DNA from: an uncultured Planctomycetales bacterium
GTDB taxonomy: Bacteria > Omnitrophota > Gorgyraeia > Zapsychrales > Aceulaceae
Length of the DNA: 64,000 bases
Direction of reading: 5' to 3'
NCBI GenBank assembly: GCA_964648665.1
Contig: CAZYOA010000004.1
Span: 52,894-116,893, forward strand
Shown here: piece after piece, positions 38,277-46,554 of the stretch
How the letters are laid out: each line of letters begins with the position of its first letter
Position numbering within the stretch: position 1 is the first letter of the stretch
Translations under genes and position numbers: made by a program
The notes under the pieces: model-generated
The model's database searches: none
What the model saw: the letters and a program-made list of their open reading frames with translations, nothing else
Told to the model about the DNA's origin: nothing

Positions 38277-39418
38277 ACCCCATTTATATTGTCGACGGTA
38301 TTCGTACTCCAGTCGGAAGTACGTTCAAAAGCCTTAAATCTTTTTCTGCGGCAGAGCTTGCCAGTTTTGTTATCGACGAGATGTGTTGTCGCTATTCAAA
38401 TATAAAAAAAGAAGTTGATCAGGTTATTTTGGGTCATACAGTTTCAGCGGGCACAGGCCAAAGTATGGCGCGACATGCTGTTTCTTTGTCTGAGCTAGAT
38501 ATTGAAACACCTGCTTTTTCTGTTAATAGCGTCTGCGGCTCTGGCTTACAATCTGTTATTTTAGGTGCTCAAGCGATATTAAGTAATCAAGCAAATTTAA
38601 TTCTAGCTGGTGGTTCAGAGAGCGCATCTCATAATCCTCAAATCATAAAAAGAGGAAACGATTCTGTTGAAAGTCTTCTTGTTGATGGTTTGTCTTGTGT
38701 GATGTCTGATGCTCACATGGGAGAGCTTGCAGAAAATTTAGCAAAAGAGTTTAAGATTTCACGAGAAGAGCAAGATAAGCTTTCTTTTGAAAGTCATCAA
38801 AAAGCTTACAAAGCTCAAGAACAAGGAAAATTTGATAAAGAAATTGTTTCGGTTAAAAAAGATAATGGTGAACTTTTTTCGCGAGATGAGCGCGTACGAA
38901 AGAATATAAGTTTTGAAAGACTGCAGATGCTTCCAAGTTCGTTTGAAGAAAACGGAAGCATCACGCCTGGCAACGCTTCTTCGCCGGCAGATGCGGCTGG
39001 AATTGTTTTATTGGCGAATGATCAAGCTATTAAGAAATACAACTTTAAGCCTAAGGCGAAAATTCTAGGTTACGCAACCGTGGCGCTTGATCCTAAGCAA
39101 TCTTTTTTAGGGGCTATAAAAGCTACCGAGAAATGTCTTAAGAAAAGTAATCTTAAAAAAGAAGAAATTGATCTTTTTGAAATAGGAGAATCATTTGCTT
39201 CTCAAGCTGTTTTGACAAAAAAAGAATTGAATATTGAAGATAAGAAATTCAATATCTTTGGAGGAGATATTGCGATCGGTCATCCTTTAGGGTCAACGGC
39301 GACGAGAATTTTGATAACTCTTTTACATGCTCTTGAAGATCAAAATAAGAAAATTGGCTTGATGAGTATTTGTTTTGGTAGTGGCGGAGGGATTGCCATG
39401 GCTATTGAGCGATTATAA
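38255..39418 (+). CDS. acetyl-CoA C-acetyltransferase (thiolase)
   Basis: It has the N-terminal Cys motif VNSVCGSGLQS and the C-terminal CFGSGGGIAMAIE. It overlaps the GH65 stop. Confidence 0.85.
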   Translation: MASNQILNPIYIVDGIRTPVGSTFKSLKSFSAAELASFVIDEMCCRYSNIKKEVDQVILGHTVSAGTGQSMARHAVSLSELDIETPAFSVNSVCGSGLQSVILGAQAILSNQANLILAGGSESASHNPQIIKRGNDSVESLLVDGLSCVMSDAHMGELAENLAKEFKISREEQDKLSFESHQKAYKAQEQGKFDKEIVSVKKDNGELFSRDERVRKNISFERLQMLPSSFEENGSITPGNASSPADAAGIVLLANDQAIKKYNFKPKAKILGYATVALDPKQSFLGAIKATEKCLKKSNLKKEEIDLFEIGESFASQAVLTKKELNIEDKKFNIFGGDIAIGHPLGSTATRILITLLHALEDQNKKIGLMSICFGSGGGIAMAIERL

Positions 39419-40540
39419 AAAGTTTTTTACCATTTCAGCGATTGCTAAGCAAGATGTTAAGCCTGGCGATTCAATTCCAAGCAAGTTAATAAAACCTTCC
39501 AAGTTGTTTTCTTTTTCATTAACAATAACAAAATCTCTAAATTTATCTTCTGGTGATTGAAGTTTGGCACGAATTCCGCATGTGTCAGGAGTCAGGTCAT
39601 CATTGGAAAGATTTTTAAGAAAACGCGAAACAGATGAAATAAATTTCTGTTTATCTTTTTCATTAATAGTGTAATCAATGTTGTCAGTGAAGGTTGCGTC
39701 TGGGCCAAGGCGAAGACCGCCTGCAAGATCAGGCGTGATATGAATACCAAGGTCTGTCGAGCTTGGAGGCGGATAAACAAGATGCTGGATATTAAATTTC
39801 TTTGGATTTGCAATACGAAAATATTGCCCCTTACTGTAATAAATTTTATATTTATTTTCTTCGATATTGATTCCAGCCATAGCGGCAACTTGATCAGCAT
39901 AAAATCCAGACGCATTAATGATGATATTTGTTTCAAAGCAAAAAGATTCTCCCGTTGGTTCCTTGACGGTAATCTTGTATCCTGAAGATTGTTTCTTGAT
40001 ATCAATAACTTTTATATTGTAAGCAAATTCAACTTTATTTTGTTTTGATTGTTCATAAAAGAAATGCATTAGTTGATGAGAATCAATGATGCCGGTGTCT
40101 GGAGAAAAAAGTGCATTTTGGGCTTTTATGCTTGGTTCTAGAGAGGCGAGCTCGTTATTTTCTAGAAAACGAAGATTTTCAACACCATTTTCAAAAGCGT
40201 TATCTTTGATACCTTGAATTGTTTTCTCTTCTTCGTTGTTGCAGGCAATTAATATTTTTCCAATTTTTTGATGAGGAATATTGTGTTCTTGGCAAAGGTC
40301 ATAAAGCATCTGTTTTCCCTTGATACAAAGTTTTGCTTTTAGAGAATCAGGTGGATAGTAGATTCCAGCGTGAATAACTTCAGAATTACGAGAAGATGTT
40401 TCGCGCCCAAAAGAATCGTGCTGTTCAATAACAAGGATATCTTTATGATTTTTTGATAAAGCAAAACTTGTAGCAAGTCCGCAAACGCCAGCTCCGATAA
40501 TTGTAATGTTAGCTTTATCCATAATGTCATTATTGTACAC
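39413..40540 (-). CDS. FAD-dependent oxidoreductase, L-2-hydroxyglutarate oxidase/dehydrogenase (LhgO)-like
   Basis: It has an N-terminal Rossmann motif (ITIIGAGVCGLATSFAL) and the SSRNSEVIHAGIYY motif typical of LhgO/YgaF. The likely true start is the internal MDKAN. It converges tail-to-tail with the thiolase, overlapping by 6 nt. Confidence 0.75.
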   Translation of the reverse strand: MYNNDIMDKANITIIGAGVCGLATSFALSKNHKDILVIEQHDSFGRETSSRNSEVIHAGIYYPPDSLKAKLCIKGKQMLYDLCQEHNIPHQKIGKILIACNNEEEKTIQGIKDNAFENGVENLRFLENNELASLEPSIKAQNALFSPDTGIIDSHQLMHFFYEQSKQNKVEFAYNIKVIDIKKQSSGYKITVKEPTGESFCFETNIIINASGFYADQVAAMAGINIEENKYKIYYSKGQYFRIANPKKFNIQHLVYPPPSSTDLGIHITPDLAGGLRLGPDATFTDNIDYTINEKDKQKFISSVSRFLKNLSNDDLTPDTCGIRAKLQSPEDKFRDFVIVNEKENNLEGFINLLGIESPGLTSCLAIAEMVKNFL

Positions 40541-40631
40541 GTCTCATTAAGGAAGTCCAAGAGGAAAATGCATAGAAAACGTCTTTTATTTGTGATAGCA
40601 TAAATGCATTATTTGAAACAAAGGAGAATCT

Positions 40632-41162
40632 ATGGTTAATGAAAATGAAGCGAAAGATCAGGCTTTAAGAAATATTGCACAACAAATGATTATTGCTGCA
40701 CGCACAGCTCCTAAGGGAAAAGGTGCAGATACATTTGTTTTTAAGATTGCAGAACGAGATGACATTGAAATGCTTTCTAAAAAGACAAAAGAAATCGGAG
40801 AAAAATGTAATGCTGGTGCTTTCTTAAGAGACGCAGAAAATATTTTAAATGCTTCTGTCGCTGTTTTGTTTGGGACACGTATTAAACCGCTAGGTCTTAA
40901 AAAATGTGGAATGTGTGGATTTGAAGATTGTGGCGAAAAAGATAAACATAAAAATATTCCGTGTGTTTTTAACACAGGCGATTTAGGCATTGCACTTGGT
41001 TCTGCTATAAGTGTTGCGACAGATCATAGAGTTGACAATCGTGTTATGTATACGGTTGGACAGGCTGTTCTTGAAACAGGTATTTTAGGAGATGATATTA
41101 AAGTTGCTTATGTCGTTCCCTTGACGGCAACGTCTAAGAATCCATTTTTTGATCGAAAATAA
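40632..41162 (+). CDS. DUF2148-like ferredoxin-domain protein
   Basis: At 176 aa it has a CGMCGFEDCG...C cysteine cluster within the conserved DUF2148 arrangement. Confidence 0.45.
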   Translation: MVNENEAKDQALRNIAQQMIIAARTAPKGKGADTFVFKIAERDDIEMLSKKTKEIGEKCNAGAFLRDAENILNASVAVLFGTRIKPLGLKKCGMCGFEDCGEKDKHKNIPCVFNTGDLGIALGSAISVATDHRVDNRVMYTVGQAVLETGILGDDIKVAYVVPLTATSKNPFFDRK

Positions 41163-41173
41163 AGAGGCTTAGT

Positions 41174-41650
41174 ATGAATCATTCAATTCAAAAAGGGTTT
41201 AGTTTTGGTCTTAGTTCAGGAATTATTACAACATTGGGTTTAATTGTTGGGCTTTATTCTGGAACAGGATCTAAGATGGTTGTAATTGGCGGCATTCTAA
41301 CAATTGCTATTGCTGATGCTTTTTCAGATGCTTTAGGTATTCATCTTTCAGAAGAAGCCGAGGGTGTTCATAGCACAAGAGAGATTTGGGAAGCAACGGC
41401 ATCAACTTTTGTTGTGAAATTTTGTTTTTCCATCATTTTTGTTCTACCAGTTATTTTTCTTGAAACGTTAACGGCTATTTTTATTAGTATTGTTTGGGGA
41501 TTATTGGTTTTGGGTGTGTTTAGTTATTATATTGCTAAAAAAGATAAAGCAAATCCAATTAAAGTGATTTCCGAGCATTTAACGATTGCTGTGCTTGTTA
41601 TTGTTGTGACGTATTATGTAGGAAAATGGATATCAGGAGTTTTTGGATAA
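41174..41650 (+). CDS. small integral membrane protein, VIT1/CCC1-like (putative metal transporter fragment-type)
   Basis: At 158 aa it has 4-5 TM helices. FSFGLSSGIITTLGLIVG resembles the VIT family N-terminal motif. Confidence 0.4.
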   Translation: MNHSIQKGFSFGLSSGIITTLGLIVGLYSGTGSKMVVIGGILTIAIADAFSDALGIHLSEEAEGVHSTREIWEATASTFVVKFCFSIIFVLPVIFLETLTAIFISIVWGLLVLGVFSYYIAKKDKANPIKVISEHLTIAVLVIVVTYYVGKWISGVFG

Positions 41651-41651
41651 A

Positions 41652-42020
41652 TTAGTTTTTTAGAAAAATCTTTATTTTTTCTAATAGAATTGTTAAATCA
41701 ACAGGTTTAATGAGGTAGTCATCTGCGCCGACATCGTTACCAATTTCGATGTCTTTTTCTTTATCGCGAGAAGTTAGAAGAATAATAGGAATGTTTTTGT
41801 GTTTTGGATCATTCTTGAGAAGTTGGCAAAGATTGTATCCGTTAATGATTGGCATCATAACGTCTAGAATAATGAGGTCTGGATATTTATCCATGGCCAT
41901 TTGAAGACCATCGGCAGCTTTTGTTGCAGATAAAACAGTGTATCCATTTTCTGGAAGCTTGGTTGCTAAAAGTTTTGTTTGAACAGGATCATCATCAATA
42001 ATTAAAATCTTTTTTATCAT
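41652..42020 (-). CDS. stand-alone response regulator receiver (divergent from the GAF-ANTAR gene)
   Basis: It has a complete REC (LIIDDDPV, IILDVMMP, LTSR, IKPV). Confidence 0.8.
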   Translation of the reverse strand: MIKKILIIDDDPVQTKLLATKLPENGYTVLSATKAADGLQMAMDKYPDLIILDVMMPIINGYNLCQLLKNDPKHKNIPIILLTSRDKEKDIEIGNDVGADDYLIKPVDLTILLEKIKIFLKN

Positions 42021-42149
42021 GTTGATATTTTAACGTGTTTTAAGTAGAAATTCAACAAAAGAACGAAAAAGAACAGCAACGACAAAGAAGTTCGCGTTGC
42101 AGATTTTTTGTGATAAAATATATTTTAAGCATTTTAAATGAAATAAGAA

Positions 42150-43394
42150 ATGGTTGTAAGGGAGAGGAAAATTATTAAAAAAGTTGTTAAAATTAGTCAA
42201 GCCCAAGAAATTCAATTTCTTCGAAAAATTGTTGATTTAACAAGTTCCGATCTTGATCTGAGTCTTATTTTAAGAGAGGTTGTTTCTATCGTTGGTCAAA
42301 TCACAAAAGCAGACTCTGTTTTTATCTATTTATTTGATGATAAAAAGAAGATTTTAACTTTAATGGCGTCTAAGCTTCCGCATAAAAAAGAACTTGGAAG
42401 AATTACATTAAAAGTTGGTGAAGGTATTACGGGTTGGGTTGCCAAGGAAAGCAAAACAGTTTGTATTAAAAAGAGCGCGTGTAAAGACTCTCGTTTTAAG
42501 AATTTTGATGTTCTTCCAGAGGATCAATACGAAGCTTTTCTTTCGATTCCTATTCCGTACAAAGGGTTTCCTATTGGAGTTATCAATGCTCAGCATAAGA
42601 AGGCGTATGATTTTCCAACAAGTGTTGTTAGTTTGATTTCAACTATTGCTAAACAAGTTAGTGGCGTTATTGAAAATGCACGGCTTTATGCGGATGCAAA
42701 GAAAAAAGCTGTTCAGTTTGATAAATTGATGAAAGTTAGTCAGTCTATTACTTCAGAAAGTTATCTCGACGAGATTTTAAATTTAATTGTTGTCGTTACA
42801 GCAGAAATGTTAGATTCAAAGATTTGCTCTGTTATGCTTTTAGATGAAAAGAAACAAGAGCTTTCTATCAAAGCAACACAATCTTTGAATGAGGATTATA
42901 AAAAGAAACCTAATATTAAAGTGGCTAAATCTTTAAGCGGGGAAGCTGTAAAAGCAAAAAAAGCTAAGATGTATTTTGATGTTCGCATGGAAGAGAAATA
43001 TGCTTATCGTGATCTTGCTGATAAAGAGCGATTAAGCTCTATGCTATCAGTTCCAATGATTGTTAAAGATCGCGTTATTGGAGTTATTAATATTTATACA
43101 AAAAGACCGCATGCTTTTTCTCAAGAAGAAGTTAGCGTTCTTCAGATGGTGTCTAATCAAGCGGCAATTGCTATTGAAAATACTAAATTGGTAGAAGAAA
43201 CTGTGAAGGCTAAAGAAGCGCTTGAAACTCGTAAGCTTGTTGAGCGGGCTAAAGGGGTTTTGATGCGCATGCAAGGATTGCCAGAGGAAGAAGCTCATAA
43301 AATGATTCATAAAAAGAGTATGGATTCTTGCAAATCTATGAAAGAAATTTCTGAGTCAATTATTTTAATGGATGAGCTTGCGAAAAGAAAGTGA
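42150..43394 (+). CDS. GAF-GAF-ANTAR RNA-binding antitermination regulator
   Basis: It has two GAF domains (about residues 25-185 and 200-345). A C-terminal ANTAR domain follows (ALETRKLVERAKGVLMRMQGLPEEEAHKMIHKKSMDSCKSMKEISESIIL). Confidence 0.8.
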   Translation: MVVRERKIIKKVVKISQAQEIQFLRKIVDLTSSDLDLSLILREVVSIVGQITKADSVFIYLFDDKKKILTLMASKLPHKKELGRITLKVGEGITGWVAKESKTVCIKKSACKDSRFKNFDVLPEDQYEAFLSIPIPYKGFPIGVINAQHKKAYDFPTSVVSLISTIAKQVSGVIENARLYADAKKKAVQFDKLMKVSQSITSESYLDEILNLIVVVTAEMLDSKICSVMLLDEKKQELSIKATQSLNEDYKKKPNIKVAKSLSGEAVKAKKAKMYFDVRMEEKYAYRDLADKERLSSMLSVPMIVKDRVIGVINIYTKRPHAFSQEEVSVLQMVSNQAAIAIENTKLVEETVKAKEALETRKLVERAKGVLMRMQGLPEEEAHKMIHKKSMDSCKSMKEISESIILMDELAKRK

Positions 43395-43404
43395 TTTTTT
43401 GCAC

Positions 43405-43432
43405 TTGACAAATCCTGAGAATATTGTATATT
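43405..43432 (+). promoter_or_regulatory. sigma70 promoter for the glutamine-synthetase leader (TTGACA - 16 nt - TATATT)
   Basis: The -35 is ttgaca (43405-43410) and the -10 is tatatt (43427-43432). The predicted TSS lies a few nt before the first attenuator hairpin. Confidence 0.45.
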
Positions 43433-43445
43433 TAGATCAGTAGTA

Positions 43446-43496
43446 GGGCAATGATGTCCGCTTAAATCAATGAAGATTTTAAGCGGATTTTTTATT
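43446..43496 (+). promoter_or_regulatory. ANTAR-type attenuator unit 1: dual hexaloop hairpins overlapping an intrinsic terminator
   Basis: Hairpin P1 is GGGC-AAUGAU-GUCC (43446-43459), a hexaloop with A1/G4. Hairpin P2 is AAAUC-AAUGAA-GAUUU (43464-43479), also a hexaloop with A1/G4. The competing terminator is ccgcttaaa/tttaagcgg (43458-43486) followed by attttttatt. Confidence 0.55.
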
Positions 43497-43560
43497 GGGC
43501 AATGATGTCCGACAGTTTTCTCGACGATGTTTCTTGGGAAAGGTCGGATTTTTTTGTTTT
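43497..43560 (+). promoter_or_regulatory. ANTAR-type attenuator unit 2: repeat of the P1 hexaloop hairpin followed by terminator
   Basis: It is an exact repeat of GGGCAATGATGTCC (43497-43510). The terminator stem is tccgac/gtcgga (43508-43548) followed by tttttttgtttt. A second hexaloop hairpin is not obvious. Confidence 0.45.
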
Positions 43561-43566
43561 AAATTT

Positions 43567-43634
43567 GGGCAACGACGTCCTCAAGAAAAGCTAGCGGTGG
43601 CATGTTGTTTAGGCTTTAACTTGAGGATTTTTTT
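43567..43634 (+). promoter_or_regulatory. ANTAR-type attenuator unit 3: P1-like hexaloop hairpin followed by long terminator hairpin
   Basis: P1 is GGGC-AACGAC-GUCC (43567-43580). The terminator is tcctcaag/cttgagga (43578-43627) with an internal aaagc/gcttt helix, followed by tttttttaag. Confidence 0.45.
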
Positions 43635-43700
43635 AAGAGAAAGAAAATCTGTAGAAGAATTTGTTAAAGCTATAAATAAGAAGATTTAAAAGGAGGAAAA

Positions 43701-45797
43701 ATGAAAAAAGAAAGAAAAATACAAACAGTTGCTGATTTCTTCGGCGAAAACGTATTTACATTAAAGACGATGCGTAATTATCTTTCAGAGAAGGCGCATA
43801 AATCTTTAAGTCAAACAATTGAAACTGGAGGCATGCTCGATCCTTCTATTGCAGATGAAGTTGCTGATGCGATGAAGACTTGGGCTGTTTCAAAAGGGGC
43901 AACACATTTTACACATTGGTTTCAGCCTTTAACGGGGACAACAGCAGAAAAGCATGATTCTTTTATCACGCCAGATGGAGAAGGTGGGGTTGTTTTGAAA
44001 TTTTCTGGAAAAGAATTAATTCAAGGTGAACCAGACGCATCAAGTTTTCCATCTGGAGGTCTTCGTCCAACATTTGAAGCGCGTGGATATACAGGATGGG
44101 ACCCAACAAGCCCTGCCTTTATTAAGGAAGGTCCTGAAAGTGCGACACTTTGTATTCCAACATATTTTGTTGGTTGGCATGGAGAAGCTTTAGATAAGAA
44201 AACACCACTTTTGCGCTCTATGAATGCATTGTCAAAGCAAGTATGTCGTTTAGGGGAATTGTTTGGAATTAAATCTAAGGGAAAACAGTCGTATGTAACA
44301 TTAGGTGGCGAGCAAGAGTATTTTTTAATTGACCGAGAATATTACTATGACAGGATTGACCTTATTCAAACAGGGCGAACATTGTTTGGAAAAGAGCCTG
44401 CAAAACATCAACAAATGTCTGATCATTATTTTGGAGCAATTAAAAGCCGAATTATGGGATTCATGGAAGAGTTTGATCGCGAGATGTGGAGAATGGGAAT
44501 TCCCGCAAAGACTCGACACAATGAAGTAGCTCCTGCTCAATTTGAGGTTGCTCCAGTTTTTGAGAGTCTTAATTTAGCTGTTGATCATAATATGATTTGT
44601 ATGGAAATTGCTCAAAAGGTAGCAGAAAAACATGGATTTGTTTGTCTTCTTCATGAAAAGCCTTTTGCTGGTGTTAATGGTTCAGGAAAGCATAACAATT
44701 GGGCGATTGTAGGTCCAGATGGCAAGAATTGGCTTGCTCCAGGAGACAATCCTCATGAGAATGCAAAGTTTTTAGTTGTGCTTTGTGCTGTTATTAAAGC
44801 CGTTGATAAGTATGCAGGAATGCTGAGAGTTTCGATTGCGTCAGCAGGAAATGATCACAGATTAGGTTCTCATGAAGCGCCACCTGCAATTATTTCTATC
44901 TTTTTAGGTGATCAACTTACAGATATTATTAAACAAATTGAAAATGGTGGTGCAAAAACATCTAAAAAAGGCGGAGTTTTAGAAATTGGTGTTGATTCTC
45001 TTCCTACGTTACCGAGAGATGCAACAGATCGCAACAGAACATCACCGTTTGCTTTTACAGGTGCAAAGTTTGAGTTTCGAGCTGTAGGGTCTAATGCAAG
45101 CTTGGCTGGACCGAACATTGTATTAAATACGATTGTTGCCGATGTTTTAGGCGGAATGTGTGAAACATTAGAAAAAGATAAAAAAGCTAAGAAAGATTTT
45201 AATGAGTCTATTCAGAATCTTTTAAAGACCATTATCAAAGAACATAAAAAAGTTATTTTTAATGGAGATAATTATACTCAAGATTGGGTAAAAGAAGCAA
45301 AGAAAAGAGGGCTTCCAAATCTAAAGAATACAGCAGAAGCTTTGGAGATTCTAAAGGATCCTAAAATTCCAGCTTTATTTGAGAGGCAAAAAGTTTTAAC
45401 AAGAAAAGAATTAAAATCTCGATATGAAGTTTATAAAGAAACATATGAGACTATTCTTGACTTTGAGGGACGCCTTTCAATTGATATGGCAAAAACAATG
45501 ATTCTTCCTGCTGCTGTCGAGTATCAGAATCAGTTAGCTGAGACAATCAAGAGTGTTGAGTCTGTGAATAAGACAAAATCAATAGCAACGCGTAAGCTTC
45601 TTAAAGAAATTACAAAGCAGGCAGAACTAGCTTTAGTTTTAATTGAGAAATTAGAGAGTGTTGTTAAAAAGGGAGATGGAGTAAAAACAAAAATAGCTAT
45701 GGAGAGATTACGTGAACCGGTTGATGCGCTAGAAGGATTGGTTCCTGTAGATATTTGGCCGCTTCCATCTTATGCTGAAATGTTGTTTATGCTTTAA
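43701..45797 (+). CDS. glnN: glutamine synthetase type III
   Basis: At 698 aa it shows GSIII family N-terminal and catalytic-region conservation ([20 protein letters not shown]..., NGSGKHNNW). An RBS (aaaggagg) is present. Confidence 0.85.
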   Translation: MKKERKIQTVADFFGENVFTLKTMRNYLSEKAHKSLSQTIETGGMLDPSIADEVADAMKTWAVSKGATHFTHWFQPLTGTTAEKHDSFITPDGEGGVVLKFSGKELIQGEPDASSFPSGGLRPTFEARGYTGWDPTSPAFIKEGPESATLCIPTYFVGWHGEALDKKTPLLRSMNALSKQVCRLGELFGIKSKGKQSYVTLGGEQEYFLIDREYYYDRIDLIQTGRTLFGKEPAKHQQMSDHYFGAIKSRIMGFMEEFDREMWRMGIPAKTRHNEVAPAQFEVAPVFESLNLAVDHNMICMEIAQKVAEKHGFVCLLHEKPFAGVNGSGKHNNWAIVGPDGKNWLAPGDNPHENAKFLVVLCAVIKAVDKYAGMLRVSIASAGNDHRLGSHEAPPAIISIFLGDQLTDIIKQIENGGAKTSKKGGVLEIGVDSLPTLPRDATDRNRTSPFAFTGAKFEFRAVGSNASLAGPNIVLNTIVADVLGGMCETLEKDKKAKKDFNESIQNLLKTIIKEHKKVIFNGDNYTQDWVKEAKKRGLPNLKNTAEALEILKDPKIPALFERQKVLTRKELKSRYEVYKETYETILDFEGRLSIDMAKTMILPAAVEYQNQLAETIKSVESVNKTKSIATRKLLKEITKQAELALVLIEKLESVVKKGDGVKTKIAMERLREPVDALEGLVPVDIWPLPSYAEMLFML

Positions 45798-45810
45798 TTT
45801 AGGAAAACTA

Positions 45811-46515
45811 ATGATTCTTTTTTTAAAACATATCGATATTGAAGGTCCTGGAATTTTTGAGAATCTTTTTGAAAAAGAAGGTTTTGATATAAAGGTTATT
45901 GATCTCGATAAAAACAGTGTGATGCCTGAAGATTCTTCGGGCATCAAAGCTGTTGTTATTTTAGGCGGACCGATGAATGTTTATCAGGAGGATGAGCATT
46001 CTTTTCTTAAGGATGAGAATAATTTTATTCAAATGCTTATTAAGAAGAAAATTCCTTGCTTAGGGATTTGTTTGGGTGCTCAGCTTTTGGCTAAAGCGCT
46101 TGGAGCAAAGGTAAGAAAGTCATCTGTTAGAGAGATTGGCTTTCATGATGTCTGCTTAACAGAGGATGGGTTAGAAAATCCACTTTTTGAGGGTCTTGGA
46201 TATTCTATGAAAGCTTTTCAATGGCATGAAGATACATTTGATATACCAAAAAAAGGAATGCTCTTAGCTGAATCTATGGGGTGTGAGAATCAAGCATTTT
46301 ATTTTGGTGAGAATGTTTATGGATTGCAGTTTCATGTTGAGGTTGATGGCCCTATGATTGAGAACTGGATGAAGACTTATTGGAATATTGAAGATATTTC
46401 TAAAGATAAAAAAGCTCAAGAAATTGTTAAAGAGTATGATAAAATTAAGTCTACATTTGATTCTCAAGCAAATATAATTTGTAAGAATTTTGTGAAGATT
46501 ATTAGAGAAAAGTAA
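45811..46515 (+). CDS. class I glutamine amidotransferase-like protein (stand-alone GATase1)
   Basis: The catalytic Cys is in GICLGAQLL and a His is in LQFHVE. The start is taken at ATG 45811 (RBS aggaaa), not the longer ORF that overlaps glnN. Confidence 0.7.
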   Translation: MILFLKHIDIEGPGIFENLFEKEGFDIKVIDLDKNSVMPEDSSGIKAVVILGGPMNVYQEDEHSFLKDENNFIQMLIKKKIPCLGICLGAQLLAKALGAKVRKSSVREIGFHDVCLTEDGLENPLFEGLGYSMKAFQWHEDTFDIPKKGMLLAESMGCENQAFYFGENVYGLQFHVEVDGPMIENWMKTYWNIEDISKDKKAQEIVKEYDKIKSTFDSQANIICKNFVKIIREK

Positions 46516-46554
46516 TATTCTTTTAAGATTTAATGCATAAAAAATAGGCAAATA

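Noticed and set aside
43446-43634. Three copies of a conserved 14-nt element (GGGCAAYGAYGTCC) at roughly regular spacing could be taken for a mini CRISPR-like array or a generic tandem repeat.
   Set aside because: There are only three short units, the intervening sequences are terminator hairpins with U-tracts, and there are no cas genes. The hexaloop A1/G4 hairpin next to an ANTAR gene fits an attenuator interpretation much better.
45772-45810. A longer GATase1 ORF starting at 45772 ([12 protein letters not shown]...) overlaps the glnN 3' end.
   Set aside because: The extension has no RBS and is hydrophobic and Cys-rich. The ATG at 45811 has a good AGGAAA RBS and gives the canonical GATase1 N-terminus.
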